A stretch of 64,000 nt of DNA, taken from NCBI GenBank assembly GCA_965214705.1, contig OZ243972.1:2848001-2912000 (forward strand), written 5' to 3'. Below are positions 41,756-51,417 of the stretch, piece after piece (the first letter of the stretch is position 1; every line of letters starts with the position of its first letter). Made by a program: the position numbers and the translations under genes. This stretch comes from Alphaproteobacteria bacterium (GTDB lineage: Bacteria; Pseudomonadota; Alphaproteobacteria; UBA828). The notes beneath the pieces were generated by a model. That model was not told the origin of the DNA. It did no database searches and worked only from the letters and a program-made list of their open reading frames with translations.

Positions 41756-42589
41756 GCTTGCCTCCCATTGCGCCGCGCCGTTCCGTCTCTCGTGCGGAAC
41801 GTGTCACGGTGATGCCCGCGCCACATTGCGCGTGGCGTTCAATCCCATCGGCGGGACGCTCGCGGTCGGCCAATCGCCCTACTGCATGCGGCGACCGTGT
41901 GACCCGCCGCTCCCTCGACCGTGGTCGTGAGCCGATACTTAGTCATGCTCCCGACGATGACCGATGCTAAATCAATTCCAAGAAAGCACGCTTCACTATT
42001 CGCGACGACGGTACCAGAAAGCCCAAATGCCGTACAGACTTTGGAATGGGCCCTCTGGGGCCCACTCCAGCTGGTGGTCGTTACGATCCGCCTCAGGGGT
42101 GTGGACTGATGCAGGCAGCTCATGGTCGCGCTCGACATGCAACTGGAGACCAACGAGAGCTACACCAAGTGGCAGCCGCGCGCGCGGCGGCTCGTCGACG
42201 CCGGCCATGCCATCCTCGACGACAGCAAGCGCTACGGGATCTACCTTGAGGAATCCCCGAAACTACGCAGCGTATCCAGAACAGCCTCAACCGCCTCAAT
42301 ACGGCTCTCGGCCGAGATGAAGAGGCCGCCAAACGCCGCTCACAACGTCACGGCTTCAAGCTCTAGCACAACGTGAACACCAGATTGGTACGAGGCAGGA
42401 ACGCATTTCGAAAAGCCCTTTGTGTTCAATGGCCGCGTTCTGGCGGCTGAAAAGTGTGGTGCTGAAATTGTTGTCAAGCGCGCAATGCTGTTGTCCGGCG
42501 CATGGGTTCGGTGCCGATCGGCGCGGTAACCCGTTGATCTTGGTGGATTGTGAGGGGTCAACAAGGCGCGCTTGACAACAACCGATCTC

Positions 42590-42871
42590 GGGCGGCCACT
42601 TTCGCATCACCCGCCGCTCTGGCGCTTGGCGCGCAAGGAAGCCGGGATCGAAGACGTGCGCCTTCATGACCTTCGTCACTCGTTCGCGAGCCGCGCAGTT
42701 CTGCAAGGCATCCTGTTGCCGGTCGTCTCTCGCTTACTCGGTCACAAGCGTCCGAACATGACGATGTGCTACGCCCATGTCGGCGAACGCGAGACCGAGG
42801 CGGCCGCGGAGCGCATCGGTGCGTCCATCGCACGGGCGTTGGATGGCAGGTGGGTCAGCTCATACGGCTGA
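42590..42871 (+). pseudogene. Tyrosine recombinase C-terminal remnant
   Basis: 'AGIEDVRLHDLRHSFAS..LLGH...T..YAH'; N-terminal part absent. Confidence 0.8.
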
Positions 42872-43124
42872 CTCTCCCGCGTATCGTCGTTCCGACCCTA
42901 CACTTCGCCCAACACGAGCAGACGGATCACGTCGGGTTTCGAAGGGCCCCTCTGCAGCGCATCACAATGGCGCCCGCGGAATGAGCCCGCCGCGAGCGTG
43001 CTGGACGAGAAAAATGCGGACCAGCCGTCATGTCACGCTGCCGCGCCGTGCACATCTGCGCCCATTGTCAAAGTGACTTGCCGAATCGCAGGGATGAACG
43101 ATTTCAATCCTGCTCGCCGCAGTC

Positions 43125-43574
43125 TCAGTCGTACCGGTGGCGGCCCAGCCGCTCCTGATAGTCGTGCGTCCGCCAGTTCGCGCGGAACAGCCACTGCTCT
43201 TCCGGCTGTCGTTGGGCGAGAGCCCGGTCGATTTCCACCTCGTCGAAGCCGCTTCGCCGGACCATGGCGTACTGATCTGCAAGGATGTGGCCTGTCGCAC
43301 GCAGCCGACCCCGGTAGCCCAGCAGCCGCAAGTGGCGGGCCAGCGAGAAGCCTCGACCGTCCATGTGCGATGGGAAGGCAATGCGAATGAGGGCGATGCG
43401 CTCGAAGAGGGGCACGATGTCTTCGGCCGGAGCGGTGTTCTCGACGTCGAGCGTGGCCCGGTCAGGCAGAGCGGAATGCTCGTCCTCTCCGCTCCACCGG
43501 ATGAATTCGCCGCGCCAGTCGTCGTCCTGAAACCCGCAGTCGCGGACGAGAATGCCGGGGCTCCCGCGTTCCAT
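43125..43574 (-). CDS. DUF934 family protein
   Basis: 'FP..MDGRGFSLAR.LR', 'LRATGHILADQ', 'GFD'; follows cysI. Confidence 0.88.
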   Translation of the reverse strand: MERGSPGILVRDCGFQDDDWRGEFIRWSGEDEHSALPDRATLDVENTAPAEDIVPLFERIALIRIAFPSHMDGRGFSLARHLRLLGYRGRLRATGHILADQYAMVRRSGFDEVEIDRALAQRQPEEQWLFRANWRTHDYQERLGRHRYD

Positions 43575-43576
43575 GC

Positions 43577-45247
43577 CTAGCCTCCTGCGGCCACGGCGGT
43601 GTCGGGATAGAGCGCCGCCTTGAAGGGCTGCATGCCGACGCGTCGGTAGGTCGCGAGAAAGACTTCGTCTTCATCCGACCGCAGCTCGAGGTAAGCGTCG
43701 ATCAGGCGCTCCACGGCAGGGACGACGTCATCTGCGGCAAAGCCAGGGCCTGTGCGTTGGCCGAGCGCGGCGGTCTCCGTTCCGTCGCCGCCAAGGGTAA
43801 TCTGATAATTCTCGGCACCGGCACGATCGAGGCCGAGGATGCCGATGTTCCCGACATGGTGATGTCCGCACGCATTGATACAGCCGGATATCTTGATCTT
43901 GAGACCGCCGACATGGCGCTCGTCTCCGCGCTCTTTCATCCGGCCGGCAATGCCTTGGGCGATCGGAATGGAGCGTGCGGTGGCGAGATTGCAGTAGTCC
44001 ATGCCGGGGCAGGCGATGATGTCCGACGCCAGCCCTACATTGGCGGTCGCGAGGTCCGCCTCCCGCAGGGCCGCATGGACCGCCGGCACGTCGCGCCTGT
44101 GCACGTGAGGCAGAATACAGTTCTGCTCGTGGCTGATGCGGATCTCGTCATGGCCGTACCGCTCCGCCAGATCGGCGATGACGCGCATCTGGTCTGCGGT
44201 GGCATCGCCCGGCGTCGCGCCGTGGGCCTTGAGCGAGATGGTGACGATCGCGTACTCGGGATTCCGGTGCGGGTGCAGATTGGTGTCGACGAACGACCGG
44301 AACACAGGATCGCGCGCGAGCGCCGTATCGAAGGCTCCGGCCGGCGCCTCGACGTATGCCGGCGGCTCGAACATCGCGCGCATGTCTTTGAGCAGCGCCC
44401 GGTCCGTGCCCCCGAATGCCGCCCGCTGAAGCGGGAAGCGTTCCTCGACGCGGTCCCGGAAGGCCTCGATCCCGAGCTCGCTCACGGTGATCTTGATGCG
44501 CGCCTTGAACTTGTTATCGCGGCGGCCGATGGCGTTGTAGACCTGCAGAATGGACTCGACGTAGGGAAGCAGGTCCGCCTTAGGAAGGAAGTCACGGATG
44601 ACCGATCCGATCACCGGGGTGCGCCCGAGCCCGCCGCCGACGGAGACTTCGTATCCGATCTCACCGGTCGCGCTCGGGACGATGCGGATGCCGATGTCGT
44701 GCCCGCGGGTCACGGCACGGTCGACCGGGGAGCCGCTCACTGCGATCTTGAACTTGCGCGGCAGGAACGCGAATTCCGGGTGATCCGTCGACCATTGCCG
44801 GAGAAGTTCGGCGGTCGGGCGGGGATCGGCGATCTCGTCGGCGGCCGCACCTGCGAAGTGGTCGGCGGTGACGTTGCGGACGCAATTGCCGGACGTCTGG
44901 ATCGCATGCATTTCCACGTCCGCGAGGGCGTCGAGGATGTCCGGCACGTCCTTCAGCCTGGGCCAGTTGAACTGGACGTTCTGCCGCGTGGTGAAGTGTC
45001 CGTAGCCCTTGTCCCAGCGCTCCGCGATATGGGCCAGCTGCCGCATCTGGCGGCTGTCGAGCGTGCCATAGGGGATGGCCACACGAAGCATGTAGGCGTG
45101 CAGCTGCAGGTAGAGCCCGTTCATCAGCCGCAGCGGCCTGAACTCCTCCTCGGTGAGCGAGCCGTCGATCCGGCGCTCCACCTGTTGGCGGAACTGCGCG
45201 ACCCGCTTGCGCACGAATTCCCGGTCGAAGCCGTCGTATCGGTACAC
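43577..45247 (-). CDS. cysI: Nitrite/sulfite reductase hemoprotein
   Basis: 'RLMNGLYLQLHAYMLR', 'TTRQN', 'LPRKFK', 'ACPGMDYC', 'SGCINACG'. Confidence 0.93.
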   Translation of the reverse strand: MYRYDGFDREFVRKRVAQFRQQVERRIDGSLTEEEFRPLRLMNGLYLQLHAYMLRVAIPYGTLDSRQMRQLAHIAERWDKGYGHFTTRQNVQFNWPRLKDVPDILDALADVEMHAIQTSGNCVRNVTADHFAGAAADEIADPRPTAELLRQWSTDHPEFAFLPRKFKIAVSGSPVDRAVTRGHDIGIRIVPSATGEIGYEVSVGGGLGRTPVIGSVIRDFLPKADLLPYVESILQVYNAIGRRDNKFKARIKITVSELGIEAFRDRVEERFPLQRAAFGGTDRALLKDMRAMFEPPAYVEAPAGAFDTALARDPVFRSFVDTNLHPHRNPEYAIVTISLKAHGATPGDATADQMRVIADLAERYGHDEIRISHEQNCILPHVHRRDVPAVHAALREADLATANVGLASDIIACPGMDYCNLATARSIPIAQGIAGRMKERGDERHVGGLKIKISGCINACGHHHVGNIGILGLDRAGAENYQITLGGDGTETAALGQRTGPGFAADDVVPAVERLIDAYLELRSDEDEVFLATYRRVGMQPFKAALYPDTAVAAGG

Positions 45248-45250
45248 GCG

Positions 45251-45553
45251 TCAGCTCCCCGCCTGCTTGCCGTGGTGGTAGTTGGAGGGCCCGCTTGCGC
45301 GGAGAACCTCCCGGATGTGGATCGGTTCGGGCCCCTGGTGACCTCCGGGCACGGCCGCCGCCAGATAGGGGCCGACGACGGCAACCTCCTGCGCTTCGGC
45401 CGCCGCAAGGCAACCGCTCGCCTCGGCCTCGGCCTCGAAGAGGCGCGCGGCGCCCGGACGGCGCGTCCAGGCGCCATCGGGTGCGAGATAGACCACGTCG
45501 CCATCGAAAAGGTCGTTCGCTGTCAGAATGCAGGGTGTGAAGGCGCGGACCAT
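45251..45553 (-). CDS. DUF2849 family protein
   Basis: 'TANDL.DGDVVYL', 'VVGPY', 'RE..RA.GPS'; lies between cysG and cysI. Confidence 0.85.
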   Translation of the reverse strand: MVRAFTPCILTANDLFDGDVVYLAPDGAWTRRPGAARLFEAEAEASGCLAAAEAQEVAVVGPYLAAAVPGGHQGPEPIHIREVLRASGPSNYHHGKQAGS

Positions 45554-46956
45554 CAGACTGCCTCCCGGCGGACCTCGCAGCCCGCATCCACCTTCCACAT
45601 GGCGTCGCGGGGCAGGATGCCGAGCATCAGCACCACCGCCCCCGGAAACTGCACGTCGCCCAATGCCTCGGGCAGCCCGAGCAGCGTCGTCGCGACGATC
45701 CGCTTGTTCCGGCGCGAAGCGTTCTCGACGATCGTGACCGGCGTCGACGGTGCGGCGCCGCGCATCAGCAGGCGCCCGCGCAGGAAGGCGGCTGCCCGCT
45801 TGCCCATGTAGATCGCGGCGACGGCTCCGGGCCGGGCAAGGGCGGCCCAGTCGTGCTCGGCGAAGCCGTCGACGTCGCGGGCTGTGAGGAGCCGAAGCTC
45901 CGAGTTGCGCCCGCGACGCGTGAGCGAGACCCCCATGTCCGCAGCAGCACCGGCGGCTGCCGTGATTCCCGGAACGACCTCCCAGGCAATGCCTTCGGCC
46001 TCCAGCGCCTCGATCTCTTCGTCCAGCCTGCCGAACACCGCCGGATCGCCGGACTTGAGGCGGACCACGTGATTGCCGGCCCGGGCATGGCGGACCAACA
46101 GCGCGTTGATGCGCGCCTGCGACCACGACGGGCCGTATCCCGTCTTGCCTGCGCAGACGCGCTCCGCTTCCCGTCGCGCGAACTCCAGGACCTGTGGGGA
46201 GACGAGCCGGTCATGCACCACGATGTCCGCCTCGTGCAGCAGGTTGCGGGCCTTGAGCGTGAGCAGCTCCGGATCGCCCGGCCCGGCGCCCACGAACGAG
46301 ACCAGGCCCGGAGGGCGCGTCGCGGTTGCGGCCTCATTGAGCAGCGAATGGAGCGCTTCGCACGCGCCCTTCTCGCCGTCTCTCGCGAACGAGCGGGGGC
46401 CCTGCCGCGAGAAATACTCGGACCAGAGCGCCCGTCGCATCCGGCCCGAAGGCACGCTCTCGCACCTGCTGCGGAACGCCTGTCCGATGCGCGCGAGCGG
46501 CCCCAGAGAAATCGGCAGCTGCGCCTCGAATGCCGCCTTGAGGTTCCGGGCCAGCACCGGCGCTGTCCCTTCGGTTCCGATGGCCACCGTGACCGGATCG
46601 CGGTCCACGATGGCAGGCGTGATGAAGTCGCTGCCTTCGAGATTGTCGACGATGTTGACGGGGATGCCGCGCCGCCGGGCCAGCGCGGCAGCGCGTGCGT
46701 CCTCCGAGGGATCGTTGCTCGCGCAATAGAGGAGCGCTGCGGCGTCGAGGTCGTCGGTTTCCACGTGACGCTCTTCGTGGCGCAATGCCCCCTCGCGGTG
46801 CCACGACAGGATGGCCGGGTCCGGGCCGAGACCAAGTACAGTGATCTCGGCGTCGGTCTTCAGCAGCAGGCGCAGCTTGGCCACCGCAGCCTGCCCGGCG
46901 CCGGAGACGACGACGCGCCGGCCCGCGAGACGGAGGAAGATCGGAAAATGCTGCAC
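45553..46956 (-). CDS. cysG: Siroheme synthase
   Basis: 'HFPIFL', 'NIVD..DFITPA', 'VGAGPGDPELLT', 'RLKSGDP..FGR', 'VPGITA'. Confidence 0.93.
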   Translation of the reverse strand: MQHFPIFLRLAGRRVVVSGAGQAAVAKLRLLLKTDAEITVLGLGPDPAILSWHREGALRHEERHVETDDLDAAALLYCASNDPSEDARAAALARRRGIPVNIVDNLEGSDFITPAIVDRDPVTVAIGTEGTAPVLARNLKAAFEAQLPISLGPLARIGQAFRSRCESVPSGRMRRALWSEYFSRQGPRSFARDGEKGACEALHSLLNEAATATRPPGLVSFVGAGPGDPELLTLKARNLLHEADIVVHDRLVSPQVLEFARREAERVCAGKTGYGPSWSQARINALLVRHARAGNHVVRLKSGDPAVFGRLDEEIEALEAEGIAWEVVPGITAAAGAAADMGVSLTRRGRNSELRLLTARDVDGFAEHDWAALARPGAVAAIYMGKRAAAFLRGRLLMRGAAPSTPVTIVENASRRNKRIVATTLLGLPEALGDVQFPGAVVLMLGILPRDAMWKVDAGCEVRREAV

Positions 46957-47001
46957 CACGACCGCCCGTTGCCGATTTCGTTGGTGTCGGCGGATAGGGT
47001 T

Positions 47002-47043
47002 AAGGGTTGGGCAGGCTCTCTCTCGAGAGCCTGCCCAACCCTT
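47002..47043. other. Perfect 19-bp hairpin abutting the element end
   Basis: AAGGGTTGGGCAGGCTCTC-tctc-GAGAGCCTGCCCAACCCTT. Confidence 0.8.
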
Positions 47044-48358
47044 TTGAACGAAGCCGCGGGCCACGAGAGGCGAAGTTGAGCTATGTGGAAAGTGCGCTGA
47101 TGTCAGCGTCAGGCGGCATCCACCGGCAGCAGAGTTGCGCATAAAATCGACGCTCGCGCCGGTCTTTCGGCAGGCATGCGGGCGCACGCTGCGAGGACTG
47201 AGCGGGGTGTGAGCCGAGGGCTGTCAGCCCGGCTCAAGCGGAGACAGGTTCGGTCGTGCGTCGGCGCTTTGGCGCCGTTGCGCGGGGCCGAAGCGAGCGG
47301 GCGTCTCACGGTTTCCCCCTGTGGGTCGGCGGCAGCGCCGGCGGGCCGCGCGTCGAGCGGGGCTCATGGCGGCGGCGGATTTCGCGGACGAGGCGCATGA
47401 CGCCGCCGCAGTGGGGGCAGGCCACGGGCGCGGTGCCGATCTCGGGCTCTTCGTCGGGCTCGGCCCGAGCGCCGTCCACGCTTCCCTCGGGGGCGGCGCA
47501 GCCGAGGGCGCCGAGAGCCTGGCGTGCTCTCTCCAGCGTGCTGGCGCGGCAGCCGTTGGCGAGGATGCCGAAGTAGCGAATGCGGTGCATGCCGTCCGGC
47601 AGGACGTGCCTCAGGAAGCGGCGGATGAACTCGTCGGCGCTCACGGTGGCGATGCCGTAGCGCGGCTTTCTCTGCCCCGGCGCCTTGGGCTTTCGGTGGC
47701 GGAAGGAGACCGTCTCGCCGTCGAAGGAGACGATGCGGCTGTCGGAGATGGCGATCCTGTGCGTGTAGTGCGAGAGGTACCGGAAGACCTGCTCAGGCCC
47801 GCGGAAGGGCCGCTTGGCGTAGACCACCCAGTCCCTGGCCCGGGCGGCGGCAAGCGTGGCGTGGAACTCGCCGGGATTGGCGAGGTGGGCGAGGGTGCCG
47901 TGGAACTCCAGGTCCCCCCGGCCGTGGGCGCGGGCGAGCTCCTCGAGGAAGAGGCGGCGGAACAGGCTGCCGAGGACCTTGACGGGGGCGAGGAAGGTGG
48001 TGCTCCCCGTCTTCCACTCGCCACTGTCTACGTCGAAGCCCGCGTTGGGCACGACCACGTGCAGGTGCGGGTGGAAGCGGAGCTTCTGATCCCAGGTATG
48101 GAGGACCGCGGTGCCGCCGATGCGCATGCCGCCGTGGCGGGGATCGGCGGCGATGGTGCGCAGGGTCTCGGCGACGGCCCGGAAGAGGATGTCGAACACC
48201 ACCCTGCGGTTGCAGAAGGCAATGGCGGCAACCTCCTTGGGCAGGGTGAAGACCACATGGAAGTAGGGCACCGGCAGGATGTCCCCGGCGCGCTCCTCGC
48301 TCCAGAGGTTGGCGGCGAGACCCTGGCAGGTGGGGCAGTGGCGGTTGCGGCAGGAGTT

Positions 48359-48703
48359 CTTATGAGCTCTCTCCGCAAGGCCCGGCTTCATCTACGTCAA
48401 TGGCATTCGCAATCTCTCCACTCGAATCCGCGGCCGATGTCCAGGCAGAACGTCGTTTCCACGCAGCGATCCGCCACGCTGCTCAGCTCTTATCCGGTTC
48501 GGAACTCCGGCGCTTGCCGGCTCCGTGACCCCAATACCGCATCCAAGCGGTGGTGACGTTCCGGGAGGCGGGACCCATCTGTAGAACGGTGCCAAGCGGC
48601 GACCCAACTCTTGCCCGGTCACACGCCTTGCCCGGCATCCTCCGCGGCCGCGTCCGACCACGTCGGAACCTCCTGTATTTTCCCGTTCGTTCGGCCGGTG
48701 CCC
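48359..48703 (-). ncRNA. Putative bridge/seek RNA region of the IS1111-type element
   Basis: Non-coding 3' region with segments matching the target (48580-48589, 48605-48615) and circle junction (48487-48493, 48534-48538), each pair separated by a hairpin; exact RNA ends unknown. Confidence 0.7.
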
Positions 48704-49900
48704 TCAGGAGACGATGGCGCCCTCAGGCACCAGTCCTTGGGTGGCATAGCGCCACAGCGCGATCAGCAGCTTGCGCGCGACCCCCACGATCGCCCGCTTC
48801 CTCGCTCGCCGGTCCCTCCCGCCACCGGCATCCCTGGCGACGTAGGCGTGGAACCACTTCGTGATCGCGCTTTCCGGTTGCAGCTTCAGCCAGCGCCAAG
48901 CCATCTGGATCATGTGCTTCCTGACATGCGAGGGGCCGGCCTTGCTGATGCCAAGATCGTGGTCGACATCTCCGCTCGCCCACGGCACCGACGTCAACCC
49001 GGCCCAGCTGCCCAACTCCCGGCGATTGCGGAAGTCCCGATAGAACACCTCGCCAGCCAGCAGTGTGGCGTCATTGAGGCCGATGCCATGGATGCGCGTA
49101 AGCGCCGCGATCATCGCCGTCCCGTCACGATTGGTCGCGTCCTGGGCTTTCCGGCCAGCCTTCAGCAGGGCCCTCTTCTCGGCCTCGATCATCTCGATAT
49201 GCTCCTCAACCAGGCGAAGCATCCCCACCGCCCTCTCAATCTCTGCCCGCGCACGCGGCGGCAACGGCGCCCCATAGCCCGTCCGCGCGGTCGCGAGGCG
49301 TTCGAGGAAGTCCGGCTTGCGCGGCGCCAGATCGAAGATGCCGTGCAACTGCAAGAGCCCTTTGATCCGGTTGTTGACGCGGGTACGCTCGCTGATCAGC
49401 GTGTCCCTCTCGCGCAGCAGGCGCTTGGCATCCTCCTGGTCCACATCGGGCACGCGCACCCAGGACATGGCCTCCGAATCGCCTTGGTCCCATGCCTTCA
49501 GAGCCCGAACCATCCTCCTCGCGTCGATACGGTCGGTCTTTTTCTTCTTGGCGCGCCGGTTCACCCGCAGGCTCGCCGGATCGTTCATGAAGATATCGAT
49601 CTCCGCGTCACGGCGCTCGATATCGCGGGCAAGCCAGAACCCCTCGTAGCCCGCCTCGTAGGTCAGCATCACCCGAGGACGGGCGCCGAGCTCCCTCGCC
49701 ACCCGTTCCCGCACCGACCCGACGAGATCCAACAGTCCCGCCGTGTCGGCAGCAGCCAGTGTGTGGATGCTGATGCTGCCACCCGAGGCATCCGGGCAAT
49801 GCACGCCAACGATCCACGATTTGAGGCTGATCTCCACCGCGACATAAATCGTGCTACTACTTGCGCCTGTCAGCGCGGTCGTGTCTGGACCATCCGACAT
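48704..49900 (-). CDS. IS110-family transposase/recombinase
   Basis: 'YEAGYEGFW', 'KTDRIDA', 'GIG', 'AGLT..P.ASG', 'GISKAG', 'VARKLL'. Confidence 0.93.
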   Translation of the reverse strand: MSDGPDTTALTGASSSTIYVAVEISLKSWIVGVHCPDASGGSISIHTLAAADTAGLLDLVGSVRERVARELGARPRVMLTYEAGYEGFWLARDIERRDAEIDIFMNDPASLRVNRRAKKKKTDRIDARRMVRALKAWDQGDSEAMSWVRVPDVDQEDAKRLLRERDTLISERTRVNNRIKGLLQLHGIFDLAPRKPDFLERLATARTGYGAPLPPRARAEIERAVGMLRLVEEHIEMIEAEKRALLKAGRKAQDATNRDGTAMIAALTRIHGIGLNDATLLAGEVFYRDFRNRRELGSWAGLTSVPWASGDVDHDLGISKAGPSHVRKHMIQMAWRWLKLQPESAITKWFHAYVARDAGGGRDRRARKRAIVGVARKLLIALWRYATQGLVPEGAIVS

Positions 49901-50203
49901 CCGTCCACTCCGTTGTTGACGATTCCGCTCGGAGAGAAGGTGCTGGCCTTCTCTCCGAGCTTGTCTAACCGCCAGAATCGATTCGGTGCCACCGTGCTCA
50001 TGGTATCTGAAGAGCGGATGCTCGCGCCCGCAGCCCTCGCAGGCGTACATGTGGCCGCCGAGCACGGCGGTGCGGCACGCCTCGATGGCGCCCATGACCT
50101 TGAGCCGGGCGGCGTCGATGCGCCCTTTGTGGCGCTCACGGAAAGCGGCGCCGGCGCGGCGGAAGATCTCCGCCACGCCCGCGCGTTCGGCCTCCACGCG
50201 CCG

Positions 50204-51082
50204 TCAGTTGCGCAACGCTGCGAAGCCTGAGATCGGGTGGTCGAGGCCCTCGAACATCTTGCCGGTGACGCGGGCGTAGTGACGGGTCGTGTTCGCGCTT
50301 CGATGGCCGAGCATGTCCCGGATCACCTCGATATCGCCGCCGCGCTCGAGGAGATGGGTCGCCGCCGAATGGCGCAGGCAATGGAAGGTGTAGCTGCGGT
50401 CGAGCTCGGCAATGTCGCGCGCCCTCCTGAAGGCGGCCTGCAAGGTCTCCGTTGCGATGGGCCTGTCGAGCGAGACGCCGTAGAAGAGCCAGCTCGTCGG
50501 ACGCGGCCAGATGTTCCTGTAGTAGACGCGCAAGTAGTGGATGACGATGTCCGGCAACGGTGCCATTCTCTCGGTGCCGCCTTTGCCGGAGGGGATGTGC
50601 AGCAGCTTCTTCTCCGACAGGATGTCGCCGACCTTGATGGCCAAGGTCTCGGAGATGCGGAGCCCGCCGCCATAGCCGGTGACAATGGCAGCACGGTGGC
50701 GGAGGTCGGGTGTCGCAAGGATGAGGTGCTCGACCTCCTGCTCCGACATGTAGCGCGGCAGCTTGCCGGGCTTCTTGCGGGAGCGCAGGCCGGCGACATG
50801 GTCAGGCCAGCCGAGTGTGTCGATGTAGAGGAAGTTCAGCGCGGCGAAGGAGACGTTGGTCGTGCCCGGACTGAGCCCCTTGTCGATCCGCCCCAGGTAC
50901 CACTGGCGCACCTGCTCGGCGTCGAGCTCGTCCGGCGAGGCGTCGTAGTACCTGGCCAGGTTCTTGATCTCGCAGATGTAGGCCTTGGACGTGCTCGCGG
51001 CCAGATTGGCGATGCGGAGCTGCTCCTCCATGCGCTGGCGAAGAGGGGTGACGGTGTTCGTGTCGCACGCGGTCCCGGTCAT
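50204..51082 (-). CDS. Tyrosine recombinase/integrase associated with the IS91 transposase
   Basis: 'GLRISE', 'GKGG', 'HCLRHS.ATHLL', 'LGH', 'T..Y'; all catalytic residues intact. Confidence 0.93.
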   Translation of the reverse strand: MTGTACDTNTVTPLRQRMEEQLRIANLAASTSKAYICEIKNLARYYDASPDELDAEQVRQWYLGRIDKGLSPGTTNVSFAALNFLYIDTLGWPDHVAGLRSRKKPGKLPRYMSEQEVEHLILATPDLRHRAAIVTGYGGGLRISETLAIKVGDILSEKKLLHIPSGKGGTERMAPLPDIVIHYLRVYYRNIWPRPTSWLFYGVSLDRPIATETLQAAFRRARDIAELDRSYTFHCLRHSAATHLLERGGDIEVIRDMLGHRSANTTRHYARVTGKMFEGLDHPISGFAALRN

Positions 51083-51313
51083 TATCGATCTCCCTGGATC
51101 GCGACGGCGCGCCGCCGGACCGATCCGGCGACGGTCCGTCGCAGGGGTCGATACTAACCACTGGTGATCGGGAGGCTGCTGGGGATCCGCCACCCGACGG
51201 GCGGAGCGCCACTGACGCAACCGGGAAGCGAACGCACAGAACAAACGGCACCCGCGACGCCTCGGAAATGAATGAACTCTACGCCGCTAACTCCGCGTAG
51301 CGGCTTCGTTCAA

Positions 51314-51417
51314 TACATATTTTCCATGTATCTAACAGCACACCAGAAAAATAAGGACATATTTTGCATGAATTGGGATTTCTTGGAATATACGTCCTGT
51401 ATTTGACGGAGGATGAG
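51314..51417. promoter_or_regulatory. AT-rich divergent promoter region of Lrp gene and (originally) the cysG operon
   Basis: Strongly AT-rich tract upstream of the Lrp gene in a high-GC background. Confidence 0.5.

Larger units (their letters stand above)
48359..50008 (-). mobile_element. IS110-family element, IS1111 group
   Basis: Subterminal IRs ATGAGC/GCTCAT 7 bp and 3 bp from the ends; no target duplication; long non-coding region downstream of the transposase. Confidence 0.88.
47306..50197 (-). pseudogene. IS91-family transposase split by an IS1111-type insertion (segments 50197-50009 and 48358-47306)
   Basis: 'CRT..LGG..Y.C..C..HPLF|NSCRNRHCPTCQ', HUH 'HPHLH', Y2 'YLSHY'; removing the insert restores one frame. 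Confidence 0.9.
47044..51313 (-). mobile_element. Tyrosine recombinase + IS91-family (Y2 HUH) transposase element
   Basis: 14-bp terminal inverted repeats TTGAACGAAGCCGC (47044-47057) and GCGGCTTCGTTCAA (51300-51313); sits between cysG and the divergent Lrp gene. Confidence 0.8.

Noticed and set aside
41900-42560. Short coding-like fragment (42122-42376) and a possible island att site
   Set aside because: No match to the tRNA-Ser 3' end; the fragment is too short to assign
47002-47057. Hairpin as an integron attC site or rho-independent terminator
   Set aside because: No clear RYYYAAC/GTTRRRY boxes or extrahelical bases; the T-run is on the strand opposite to local transcription
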